Source: Naegleria gruberi (Eukaryota). Taken from it: a DNA stretch of 64,000 nt. The notes under the pieces are model-generated. The model did not search any database and was not told the origin of the DNA. It saw only the letters and a list, made by a program, of their open reading frames with translations. Both the position numbers and the translations under genes were made by a program. Shown piece by piece: positions 55,105 through 64,000 of the stretch. Within the stretch, counting starts at the first letter, position 1; each line of letters starts with the position of its first letter. The stretch is taken from assembly GCA_000004985.1 (NCBI GenBank), contig GG738889.1; one strand, given 5' to 3'.

Positions 55105-56904
55105 ATGAGTAAACGTACCTTTGACGAATACTCCAATAACGACCACTATTATTCAGTTATCGGCAGCTGCGGAAGTCTGGAAGGAAGGGAAAACACTTCC
55201 AAAAGGGTTTTGCCTGCCATGATGCAGACAGAGAGTTCTGACGATTTTATGGATGGAATGCTAATTAATACAAAGGAAAAGGTTTCCGCTATCGATTATG
55301 ATGAAACGCCATCAAACTTTTTGAACATTGAACCTAACCTTCCCGATTTTGTACACATGATGGAAAGCAAGAAGAGAAAGATTGATCTTGAAAGTAGTAT
55401 TCAACAATCTATTGACTCTTTTGAGGATTTGTTTTTCAAGGCTATTAATAATGGTGATTTGGACTGTTTATTAGTGTTACTTCGACAAGTACCTACAAAC
55501 TTTGATATTAATATGCCAAATCATATTCATCCATTCAAGGATCAACCTGCATTACATATTGCTTGCAATTGTGGATACACGGATTTTCTCAAATTATTAC
55601 TCGAACATTTCAAACCAACATTGAACATTAACTTGGAAAATTCAAAGGGTTCTAGGTCGATTCATTTTGCAGCCTATGGAGGTAGTTTACAGATTTTAAT
55701 AACCCTCGTAGGACATGTTGCTAGATATTGTCATGTTAATGGCGTCGATTTGACTTTCCAACAAGGCAAGGAATTTATTTTCCAAGGAAGAAACACTGAA
55801 ATTTACATTACACCTCAAAATGCGAGAGTCATTCATGAATTTGTGAATAGCAAAACAAATGACGAAAACCAAAGAACACCCCTAATAATTGCAACTGAAA
55901 AAGGCAATACTGATGCTGTACAATTCCTATTGAGTCTAGATAAGGCGCTTAGAGAAGCTTGCCCAGAACTTCAAGATGCAACAACAATTGGAACTCAAGG
56001 CAGCTACCTTCCAATTCACAAAGCTGCTTCTAGGAATAATACCGAGATTATTCAGCTATTGCTGGAACATAATCCTGGCTCTGTCAATGCAAAAACCTCA
56101 AAGAGAAAGTATCCACTCTACTTTGCAGTGAAGAGAGGAGCAACATGTGTTGTTGAAGTATTGCTCAAATTTGGTGCATCAACTTGTGAATATACTCCAA
56201 GTGGCAAGAAACTGTTACACATTGCAGCATTTATTAATAATTTAGACATTTGTAAATTACTTGTAGAACAACCTGACTGTGATTTGGACGCAAATACCAA
56301 TGATGGTCACCCAAGGACAGCTCTCCATTTAGCTGCCAAGAAGGGACTCTGTGAAATAATAGAATTACTTTTAAGCAAAGGCGCCAACGTTGAATGTGTT
56401 GATTATTTTGGGAGATATCCAATACATGTTGCAGCATCATCTGGTTCCATAGAGGCAACAAACATGCTAGCACATATTAATGGAAAGGACTATATCAACT
56501 CTAAGAATTCAACTGGTATAACTTGTTTACACTTTGCTTGTGCCTCAGGACACACTGAAATGATACCATTCCTGAAATCTAAAGGATTTAACTTTAGTGA
56601 AGCTAAGGATGACAGATGCATACGGCCTATTTATGTGGCAGCTGCTCAAAATCAACAAAATGTCGTCTTAGAATTAGCAAAATATTACAAAAAAGATATT
56701 AACTATATCAATACTCAAACTGGTTTATCACCATTACATATTGCAATCGCTCGTGATTCGGTTTCTGCTGTGGAAGCATTAATAGAATCAGGAGCTGATA
56801 TTTACCAACCTAGTGGTAGTGGAATGAGTGCGATTGCACTGGCAAAACACAAAAATAACACTAGGCTTCAAAACATCCTCAATAGAATAATAAGATCTGA
56901 GTAA
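55105..56904 (+). CDS. Ankyrin-repeat protein (about 10 ANK repeats).
   Basis: Repeated 'xxGxTPLHxAAxxGHxxxVxxLLxxGA' units, e.g. 'TALHLAAKKGLCEIIELLLSKGANVEC' and 'ITCLHFACASGHTEMIPFLKSKGFNF'. Confidence 0.8.
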   Translation: MSKRTFDEYSNNDHYYSVIGSCGSLEGRENTSKRVLPAMMQTESSDDFMDGMLINTKEKVSAIDYDETPSNFLNIEPNLPDFVHMMESKKRKIDLESSIQQSIDSFEDLFFKAINNGDLDCLLVLLRQVPTNFDINMPNHIHPFKDQPALHIACNCGYTDFLKLLLEHFKPTLNINLENSKGSRSIHFAAYGGSLQILITLVGHVARYCHVNGVDLTFQQGKEFIFQGRNTEIYITPQNARVIHEFVNSKTNDENQRTPLIIATEKGNTDAVQFLLSLDKALREACPELQDATTIGTQGSYLPIHKAASRNNTEIIQLLLEHNPGSVNAKTSKRKYPLYFAVKRGATCVVEVLLKFGASTCEYTPSGKKLLHIAAFINNLDICKLLVEQPDCDLDANTNDGHPRTALHLAAKKGLCEIIELLLSKGANVECVDYFGRYPIHVAASSGSIEATNMLAHINGKDYINSKNSTGITCLHFACASGHTEMIPFLKSKGFNFSEAKDDRCIRPIYVAAAQNQQNVVLELAKYYKKDINYINTQTGLSPLHIAIARDSVSAVEALIESGADIYQPSGSGMSAIALAKHKNNTRLQNILNRIIRSE

Positions 56905-57045
56905 AAAATTAAAATCTTATTATTTTTGAAAAAACAATGTGTGTTAATATTATTAATTGTCCAACAATTCAATCATTTTGTTTTCTTAATTTACCATATC
57001 TGGTCTCAATTCGGCCGCCAAATTTAATTTCCCAACTTCAAAAAA

Positions 57046-58029
57046 ATGTACTCACTCCAAAAAGCTTCCCGATGCTTATTATCCAACAGCAGACAATCCC
57101 ATCTTGCCACTAGATTTCCATCATCCTTTATTACTTCATCAAATCAAGTAATTTATAGAGGATTTTCACAAACACAATTCAAGAGAAGTGAAGAAAAGAA
57201 ACAAGAGGAATCAAGATCCGAAGAACAATCACAACAACAACAGGAAGAAAAAAAGAGTTACTTTAAGAGATTGTTCTCACCAGCCAATTTGATCTTGCCA
57301 GCCGTGTTCGGAATTGTTTTATATAATTTTGCATCATATGATGTTCGTCAAAAGAAACGTGAGGCTGAATTGGAGAGTAAGTTTTCATTCTGTGATGTTG
57401 ATGATAATAGTAATAATACAATAATTCAACAATGATAATGATAATAATATTAATAATGGAATTAATTGGAATAATTAGAACAAGCAAGTAGCAAGGCTGT
57501 TAAAGCTGTAGGAGCTCCAAAACTTGGAGGTGCTTTCACTCTTGTTAATACTAAAGGAGAAGTTGTTACAGATTCTGAATTTAGAGGAAAATTCATGTTC
57601 ATGTATTTTGGATTTACTAATTGTCCTGATGTTTGTCCAACTGAAATGAAAAAGATGACAAAAGCACTTCAAAAAATTGAAAAGGAAAATCCAGAGTTGG
57701 CAGACAAGATTGTTCCAGTGTTTGTTTCATGTGATCCACCTCGTGATTCATGCACAGCTGTCATTGAATATCTTCAAGATTATCACCCAAGATTTGTTGG
57801 ATTAACTGGTACTCCAGATCAAATCAGTAGAATTTGTAAGAAATATAGAGTTTATTACAATGCTCCTGATTACAAGGAAGGATCACAAGATTACTTGGTT
57901 GACCACAGCATTTTCATTTACTTGATGGATCCATATGGTCACTTGTCTGAATATTTTGCTCAAAATACTACTGCTGATAAGATTTACGAAAGTGTTAGTA
58001 CAGCCTTAAAATCATATAAATGGGAATAA
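57046..58029 (+). CDS. SCO1: SCO1/SenC cytochrome c oxidase copper chaperone with a mitochondrial presequence. Two exons.
   Basis: Exons 57046..57376 and 57479..58029 with a 102-bp intron 57377..57478 (gtaagt..attag). Has the 'GGAFTLVNTKGEVVTDSEFRGKFMFMYFGFTNCPDVCP' CxxxC copper site and a downstream His, 'DHSIFIYLMDPYG'. Confidence 0.85.
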
Positions 58030-58150
58030 ATTATTTCTTTAAATTTTCAAGGATTTAAATTTTTTCATTCCATTACATTTTGATTTTGAATTCTTTTACA
58101 ACATGAAGAGATATTTGTGGCATGTTCAAAATCAAAATTAATTTAAAAAA

Positions 58151-58777
58151 ATGATAGAAGAGAAAGCTCAACCAATTTCCGAAGAATTATTGCACAGTAC
58201 CAGATGGCTACAATTAAAAACCCTCACCTACCAAGATGAATCTAAAACAATTAGAAAATGGGATTGTGTAGAGAGATCAACAAGAACAAGCGATATTGAT
58301 GGAGTTGATATTATTGCTACTCTTGATGCAATTCCCGAAAGTGATCAGGAAGAAGGTGGAAAATATGTTATCCTCATTTCACAATATCGTCCTCCAATGA
58401 GAAATTATTGTATTGAATTTCCAGCTGGTTTGAGTGATGCTGGTGAGACTGCCGAAGAAACTGCTAGAAGAGAAATGCTTGAGGAAACTGGACTAATGGT
58501 TGAAAAGGTTAATAGAGTTTCGCCAATATTGGGAATGGAAGTTGGGTTAACCAATGCTAATTGTAAAATAATTTATTGTCAAGTACAATCTATCAAAATT
58601 TCAGAAAGACCAAAGCAACAATTGGAAGATGATGAAAACATTACTATTCACTTTGTAAAATTATCAAATATTATGGAAAAATTGGAGGAATTTGCCAAGT
58701 TGGGATTTACTATTGATGCCAAGGTTTGGACTTTTGCTTTTGGAATTGAACAAGCCTCATTATTTACAAAACAGTAA
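58151..58777 (+). CDS. Nudix hydrolase (ADP-sugar/ADP-ribose pyrophosphatase-like, NUDT5/NUDT14 type).
   Basis: Nudix box 'GLSDAGETAEETARREMLEETGL' (Gx5Ex7REUxEExGU). Confidence 0.75.
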   Translation: MIEEKAQPISEELLHSTRWLQLKTLTYQDESKTIRKWDCVERSTRTSDIDGVDIIATLDAIPESDQEEGGKYVILISQYRPPMRNYCIEFPAGLSDAGETAEETARREMLEETGLMVEKVNRVSPILGMEVGLTNANCKIIYCQVQSIKISERPKQQLEDDENITIHFVKLSNIMEKLEEFAKLGFTIDAKVWTFAFGIEQASLFTKQ

Positions 58778-58787
58778 AATGGATTTA

Positions 58788-61700
58788 TTAATCTAGTAAG
58801 TCAACTTCAGTAAATTTAACTGAACTATTTGCATCCTCCAATTTTTGAAGTTTGAGTGGAGGAACCTTATTGTATGTAGCTGAAAGAGTTGGATGGACTT
58901 GTTCTTCTGTAGCTTCTGAAAGCTCAAGAGGGGTTTCTTCATATTTATGAACAACTACACTGTTCGATTTTACAAAAACTTGTCCACCACCATAGGTTAC
59001 CTCACCAGAAGTTGATGTAACTTTTTGAGTCTTTCTAGCTCCATACCAAATGCAGAAGAAAATTGATGCAAGAGTTACGCACAGACATAATGCAAACATT
59101 ACAGTGGAGAGCACAACACCTGCTACATATGTGAATGAATGATATACTGTTGTTACTGTTTCCATGATGAAAACATTTGTTAATTGTTTACATCTGCATA
59201 CAGCATATGTATCATTCATTGATAGCATTATGCAATCAACTGCAACCTCTGTTGAACCATCATCAAAATTGCCACAAGAATATCTTACTTCTTGTTCTAT
59301 ATAATCTAATGTAGTGTGAATAACTTCATGGATTGCAATAGATTTGTTGATAGGAATTTCATAAACCAAATATTGCGAATTAACTGGAATAGACAAATCA
59401 ATTAGTTTAAGGGAAACAATTGGTGAAACTAAGCTAGACATTTGATAGGTTTGTGAATCGACTTTTTGGGAGATTGTTAACTTTGTGTTCAAAGAAAATA
59501 CATCAATTGAACTTGAGAAAATATATACAAATGGTTTCTTGAAAAGTGTAGTAACCTGAGGACTGAAATCAAAGATGTAGTTTTCCATTTGAACAGATGC
59601 CTTACTAACATCATCATGAATTGAGGTAGGCATGTCAAATATTGTGTGTCTATTTACAGTCATCGAGTAGAATGACCCTGTCTTTTGTTGTTTCTTACTT
59701 CCCACAACAATATTTCGTCCAATTAAACAAGTGGACAATTTGAGAGCTGACAATAATCTACGAGAGTTGGTTGATTGATCTACAAAGTATTGTCTATTGA
59801 TGATATAACTATAAGCAGATTCTACACTACTGACAAGCAATGTTTCAATCTCTGGAGCTAATTTAAGATTTGGATCAGCCAAAGCATACTCAAGGAACAT
59901 ATTCAATGTGAAAAGCGATTCTGATATTGTTTTGGAATTGAGCAATTGGTAATTGATCAACAGAGAGTCAATTGAGAATGATAACAAGGAGAGATAGTAA
60001 TCATTTACGAATCCGTCAGTACTATTCGCAATGTAAATCATATCTCTGAGTACTATCATCTTGGTTCCTTGAATATCAGAAAAAGCTTGAATAGAATCTG
60101 AGCAATCAGATCCAATCCAACCATCTTCACATTTACAGACACCTGAAATGTCTCTTCCATGAATACACTCTATAGTTCTTTTTACTGGTTTGGATGATAC
60201 ACTGTACAGTTTCTTTAAAAGCTGTTGTAACAAGACAGAGTCAGTTCTTGAGGTTGTAGCTGATTGATAGAAGCTTGAACTAAATTCTCCCTTAGAGGTA
60301 AATTCAGAACTCTTCTCAGCCCATTCCTTAACAATTTTAGAGGCATCTGAAAAATCACTAATGACTGGCTTTGAAATGGTCAAATTTTGATAAGTAGTTA
60401 TTGAGGCACCAGTAACTGTTTGAATCACCTCAAAGTAACACGTTAAGGTAGAACCACTGAAAGGAGCTGGAAGCTTTGAAGAGTAAATGTCACCAAACTT
60501 GTAGAGCTCAATTTTTGATCCTGATCTATCATCAATGAATCCGTACTTGTAATCAATATTTGCTTCAATGTTCTTGCAGTTGGAACAGTAGAACTTGAAT
60601 TCTGTTTCTAGAGCTTGACCCTTGAGTGGTGAAATAGTACAATCACAAGGTTTTGGGGTTACAGCAATGGTGAATGAGTAACTTGATTGAGTTGAAAAAC
60701 CAGTCTTTTTGTCAAAAATAATGCATGTCACAACATTGGTTGAACCTTCTTCGAGCTGTTTGGTGTCAATAATAATTGTGATTGTCTTGTCAATTGTTGT
60801 GTTACTACAAGAGGTGTTTTGTAAAACAGCTCCATTCAGCAACCAGGTAGCATTCACAGAGGAAGATTCAGCATAAAGCAGGGCTTGAATTGACAAAAAT
60901 TGTCCAGGAAGTAAAATAGAGGAGGAAGGCTCGATATGAAGAATGTTCAATAGTGGAGGAACTTTACCAAAGAATACAGTGGTTGTCTTTTCAATTGATC
61001 GACCATCTAATTTTTCAACTCTCAGTTTAAGTTCTACAGAGGATGGGATAGTAGAGAACAATGAGCTTGACACTACAAATTCTGAAGCCTTTGTTGAGCC
61101 TGCATTGTTGAGCAAATTAACTAGTTCAGGACTTGTGTTATCCAAACAGGTCCAAGTCCATGTTTCAATTGAGCTATCATGCAATGACATTTCTGGGTCT
61201 AAATAATCAACTTCAATAGTGGTATGGTATTTGGTAGATTCACTTTGAATAATGCTAAGAATGAGGTCAGGTGACTTTGTTACAATATTAACGATAGTGG
61301 ATGCTTTCAATGATGGGTTGGAAGCATAAAAAGCTGACACCTCAAAAGTGTAATTTTGAGTCCCAAACTTGCTAACAGAAGGAATGAACAAGTTATTGTA
61401 AGAGTCTGAACTGAATGTTATGGCTGAGCCACTCAACTTGGTCCATTCCACTTGCAATACGTCACTATCACTTTGACATACAGAAGGTGTAATCACTTTC
61501 TTTACAGTGAGAGGGAATTGGTTTGTATACTTTACAATTGTCTCTCCCTTATTGCTTGTACTGAGTAGAGGAAGTGGTTTTACTGCTTTGGTGAATCTCT
61601 TGGAAGACACAGTGCTACTCACCAAATTTAACCACTTACTTTTAACATAGAGGGTCATAATGTAGTCACCAGCTGTAAGAGAAGAATCAAGTGTAAAGAT

Positions 61701-62714
61701 GGATTGTCCTTGTAATATTGAGACAGGATTCATGGTTGTAGCATCTAGAAGTGACCAATAATACAATAATTGCTTGCCATCTATGGAATAGCTCGAAGAG
61801 CCATCAATAGTGATTGTGTCGCAAGAACTATAGATATCTGTACTGGCCATTTGAATGATAGCTTTTGGTGGTGAAATATTTTGAGGTACATTCACAGTCA
61901 ATGGCATGTATTGTTGATGGATTTGCTCATTTTCAAAAGCAAGATCATTAATTTGAATTGTTGTCTCTCCTGGTTGAATATCATAATCAACAGAACCAAA
62001 AGATATCATAAAGAGTCCGCTAACCTTATCTAAATATTGGCACTTGATGTTTGTTATCGAGCCATACACATTCTTGCTAATGTCAGAGGGATGTAGTAAG
62101 GATGAGCATGGAACATCCTTTTCGATAAAGTCATAAGGTGAATGCAGATAAAAGGTTATACCCTTAAAATCTGACGATATCACTGCTGGTCCTACAACCC
62201 TTGATGAACACTTCTCACCATGATACTCTGATTGACATGAACTACATGAACGGCCTGTCCAAAATCCCTCCTTAATACTTGAGTGGCATTCACATTCTCC
62301 CTTAATATTGCACTCTCCATGACCAGTGCAATTAATAATTCTATCGCAAAAAGTTGGCGATATTTCCAATTGACAATTACTACCCTCATAACCACTCGAA
62401 CAAGAACAGTTATTCAATGAAATACATGCTCCTCTCCCTGAACAAACACTCGTATCATTTGCTCTCATTCCCTCACATGTAATACTGTCCTCACCTAGCT
62501 TATTCAATTTACATTCAATCCTAGAAGAATTTAATAACACTAGCAGCACAGCCATCAAAGTTAAAAATATTATCGAAAAACCTGTCGTACGAGACGATGA
62601 TGGCTTGGTGTTATGATTGATTAAGGCGGCGAAAATAGCCCTGCCGCGAATTGGCTGCGTCATTGTTGATGTGTTTTTTTGTGGTGGGAAAAGCTGTTGT
62701 TTATAATATCGCAC
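58788..62714 (-). CDS. Large single-pass membrane glycoprotein with N-terminal EGF-like Cys-rich modules, a long REJ-like extracellular region, a GPS-like motif and a C-terminal TM (sea-urchin REJ / PKD1-like architecture).
   Basis: 1308-aa intronless ORF. Signal/anchor 'FSIIFLTLMAVLLVLL'. EGF-like 'CSGRGACISLNNCSCSSGYEGSNCQ' and 'CTGHGECNIKGECEC'. GPS-like 'YSCGNFDDGSTEVAVDCIMLSMNDTYAVCRCKQLTNVF'. TM 'VAGVVLSTVMFALCLCVTLASIFFCIWY'. Confidence 0.55.
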   Translation of the reverse strand: MRYYKQQLFPPQKNTSTMTQPIRGRAIFAALINHNTKPSSSRTTGFSIIFLTLMAVLLVLLNSSRIECKLNKLGEDSITCEGMRANDTSVCSGRGACISLNNCSCSSGYEGSNCQLEISPTFCDRIINCTGHGECNIKGECECHSSIKEGFWTGRSCSSCQSEYHGEKCSSRVVGPAVISSDFKGITFYLHSPYDFIEKDVPCSSLLHPSDISKNVYGSITNIKCQYLDKVSGLFMISFGSVDYDIQPGETTIQINDLAFENEQIHQQYMPLTVNVPQNISPPKAIIQMASTDIYSSCDTITIDGSSSYSIDGKQLLYYWSLLDATTMNPVSILQGQSIFTLDSSLTAGDYIMTLYVKSKWLNLVSSTVSSKRFTKAVKPLPLLSTSNKGETIVKYTNQFPLTVKKVITPSVCQSDSDVLQVEWTKLSGSAITFSSDSYNNLFIPSVSKFGTQNYTFEVSAFYASNPSLKASTIVNIVTKSPDLILSIIQSESTKYHTTIEVDYLDPEMSLHDSSIETWTWTCLDNTSPELVNLLNNAGSTKASEFVVSSSLFSTIPSSVELKLRVEKLDGRSIEKTTTVFFGKVPPLLNILHIEPSSSILLPGQFLSIQALLYAESSSVNATWLLNGAVLQNTSCSNTTIDKTITIIIDTKQLEEGSTNVVTCIIFDKKTGFSTQSSYSFTIAVTPKPCDCTISPLKGQALETEFKFYCSNCKNIEANIDYKYGFIDDRSGSKIELYKFGDIYSSKLPAPFSGSTLTCYFEVIQTVTGASITTYQNLTISKPVISDFSDASKIVKEWAEKSSEFTSKGEFSSSFYQSATTSRTDSVLLQQLLKKLYSVSSKPVKRTIECIHGRDISGVCKCEDGWIGSDCSDSIQAFSDIQGTKMIVLRDMIYIANSTDGFVNDYYLSLLSFSIDSLLINYQLLNSKTISESLFTLNMFLEYALADPNLKLAPEIETLLVSSVESAYSYIINRQYFVDQSTNSRRLLSALKLSTCLIGRNIVVGSKKQQKTGSFYSMTVNRHTIFDMPTSIHDDVSKASVQMENYIFDFSPQVTTLFKKPFVYIFSSSIDVFSLNTKLTISQKVDSQTYQMSSLVSPIVSLKLIDLSIPVNSQYLVYEIPINKSIAIHEVIHTTLDYIEQEVRYSCGNFDDGSTEVAVDCIMLSMNDTYAVCRCKQLTNVFIMETVTTVYHSFTYVAGVVLSTVMFALCLCVTLASIFFCIWYGARKTQKVTSTSGEVTYGGGQVFVKSNSVVVHKYEETPLELSEATEEQVHPTLSATYNKVPPLKLQKLEDANSSVKFTEVDLLD

Positions 62715-62887
62715 TTCTTTCTCTTAAGCGAACTAGTCACAGCCAATGCTGATTCATTTTTGAAAATTGTAGGACATTTAAGGAAGATGATTCATTTAGA
62801 AATTTTGCCAATGAACCAGTGGCAATAAGGAAAAAACAGTCTTGCATTAAAACAAATATTAAAAAAAATAAAAATTGAAAGAAAAAA

Positions 62888-63940
62888 ATGCAGAGAATGG
62901 TGTGGAGAGGAGGAGCGATTGTTTTTGGAGGAATGTTGGGTTATTTCGGAAAGAATTATTTGAGAGATTTTAAAAAAGAGTTTTTAGAAAAGAAGATGCA
63001 AGTAGATCACTTGTTGTTTACTAGTAAATTGTTAAAGTTTAGGAAATTTTCTAATGGTGATCCGATGGTAGAAGATATTGATTGTAAATATTTGGAATTG
63101 ATTAGTGATTATTTGGTTTTTAATTTAAAATCATTACCTATGGATGATGGTAATTTGAAAAGAAATATTTCTAGTGGAACTTGTTTTGTGACAAGTCCAA
63201 TGAATGATCCATCTTGTGAATATATTTATTTGGTGACTGCTGCACACTGTGTTATAAATAAGGAGGGAAAGGCAAAGAAAGTTGGACTCATTCCAAAGAA
63301 TAAGGAAGGTTCCATATCAAATCAAAAACTAAAATCGAATAGTGGAGAGTTAATCGAGTGTCAAATAATTTGTTGTGAATATGATGGAGATAGAGATGTG
63401 GATTTTGCAATTATGAAATGTTCTAGGAAGGAATTTTTGGAAAAGAATGGGTTTACTGAGATACCTAGTCAATATTTTGTGCCTAAGATTGGTGAATTTA
63501 AAGAAAATGATGATAATTTGAATAATATAATAGTTGGATATCCTTCAAAGTATAAAGAATATAGAGATAAGCGAGTACTAGATTATACTTTTGAAAAATT
63601 GAATGGGTTAATGATGACATATCAAAAGAGACCAGTATTTTCTTTTGGAAGATATTTAAGAACGGAAAAGAGTAACTCAGAGAAGGCAGATATCACTATT
63701 TTTACGAACACCATCAATAAGGGATTCAGTGGCGGTCCTTCCATTGAATGGAGAGGTAATACATCTCAAAATGATACACTCCCTAAATTTCATGGTATTG
63801 TGGCATTGTTTGATGATGCTGGATATGGATCTTTTAATGTTTCGAATGAAGAATTTAGGCAGGCTTACTTTTCACATATTGAAATTCCTTCAACAACTGG
63901 TCTAGATATAAAGAAAGCCATCGAGGAATATAGAAAATAA
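62888..63940 (+). CDS. Trypsin-like serine peptidase (S1 family, Trypsin_2/DegP-core-like, no PDZ) with an N-terminal hydrophobic segment.
   Basis: Catalytic His 'LVTAAHCV', Asp in 'DVDFAIMKC' and Ser in 'GFSGGPSIEW' (GDSGGP-like), in the canonical order. 350-aa intronless ORF. Confidence 0.7.
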   Translation: MQRMVWRGGAIVFGGMLGYFGKNYLRDFKKEFLEKKMQVDHLLFTSKLLKFRKFSNGDPMVEDIDCKYLELISDYLVFNLKSLPMDDGNLKRNISSGTCFVTSPMNDPSCEYIYLVTAAHCVINKEGKAKKVGLIPKNKEGSISNQKLKSNSGELIECQIICCEYDGDRDVDFAIMKCSRKEFLEKNGFTEIPSQYFVPKIGEFKENDDNLNNIIVGYPSKYKEYRDKRVLDYTFEKLNGLMMTYQKRPVFSFGRYLRTEKSNSEKADITIFTNTINKGFSGGPSIEWRGNTSQNDTLPKFHGIVALFDDAGYGSFNVSNEEFRQAYFSHIEIPSTTGLDIKKAIEEYRK

Positions 63941-64000
63941 TTTATTGACTATGCTTTACTTTGAAAGCAATGAAAGGAATTTTCTTTCTGTCACTCGTGT

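Noticed and set aside
1-64000. Prokaryotic interpretation, CRISPR arrays and mobile elements.
   Set aside because: No direct-repeat/spacer arrays, no inverted-repeat-flanked transposase ORFs and no rRNA. Gene models require GT-AG introns and encode eukaryote-specific proteins (eIF2B-gamma, ATG14, SNARE, RPLP1, F-box), so this is nuclear eukaryotic DNA.

Overview
This is a compact, AT-rich (roughly two-thirds A+T by eye) eukaryotic nuclear segment carrying about 35 protein-coding genes on both strands plus two tRNA genes. It is clearly eukaryotic: many genes are interrupted by very short GT-AG spliceosomal introns (39-65 bp, one of 102 bp) whose removal restores conserved motifs. I see no CRISPR array, no rRNA and no convincing transposon. 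Housekeeping genes include TXNDC9, ATG14, a GH38 alpha-mannosidase, an SDR, an insulinase-type M16 peptidase, RPLP1, eIF2B-gamma, an aldo-keto reductase, SCO1, a Nudix hydrolase, a longin R-SNARE and a ZNFX1-like helicase. Lineage-expanded or repeat-type proteins include several F-box/LRR proteins, a tandem-BTB protein, a Sel1-repeat protein and an ankyrin-repeat protein. There are also large N/Q/S-rich low-complexity proteins. The main second-look items are listed here. (1) A FICD/HYPE-like Fic AMPylase gene (TM anchor + HPFKDGNGR motif) is broken by a 1-nt frameshift in a T4/A4 homopolymer. (2) Two intronless genes with domains typical of bacteria (RibD_C DHFR-like and Trypsin_2/S1 protease) are horizontal-transfer candidates. 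(3) An F-box/LRR protein is fused to a PI3K-like helical domain and degenerate kinase domain. (4) A ~2000-aa ZNFX1-like helicase has NFX1 and RZ zinc fingers and 40- and 43-bp introns. (5) A sea-urchin-REJ-like EGF/REJ/GPS single-pass receptor is present. (6) An intron-containing tRNA-Thr(UGU) and a tRNA-Asn flank RPLP1. (7) A longin R-SNARE appears to lack the zero-layer arginine. The gene content (FICD-like, ZNFX1, REJ/GPS, ATG14), ultra-short introns and bacterial-type genes would fit a small-genome invertebrate such as a bdelloid rotifer. That is a hypothesis, not a determination; an early-diverging fungus cannot be excluded from sequence alone. The ORF track translates GTG/TTG as 'M' at several ORF starts (e.g. 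5205, 27266 frame, 24555 frame), which is how unspliced exon boundaries revealed themselves.
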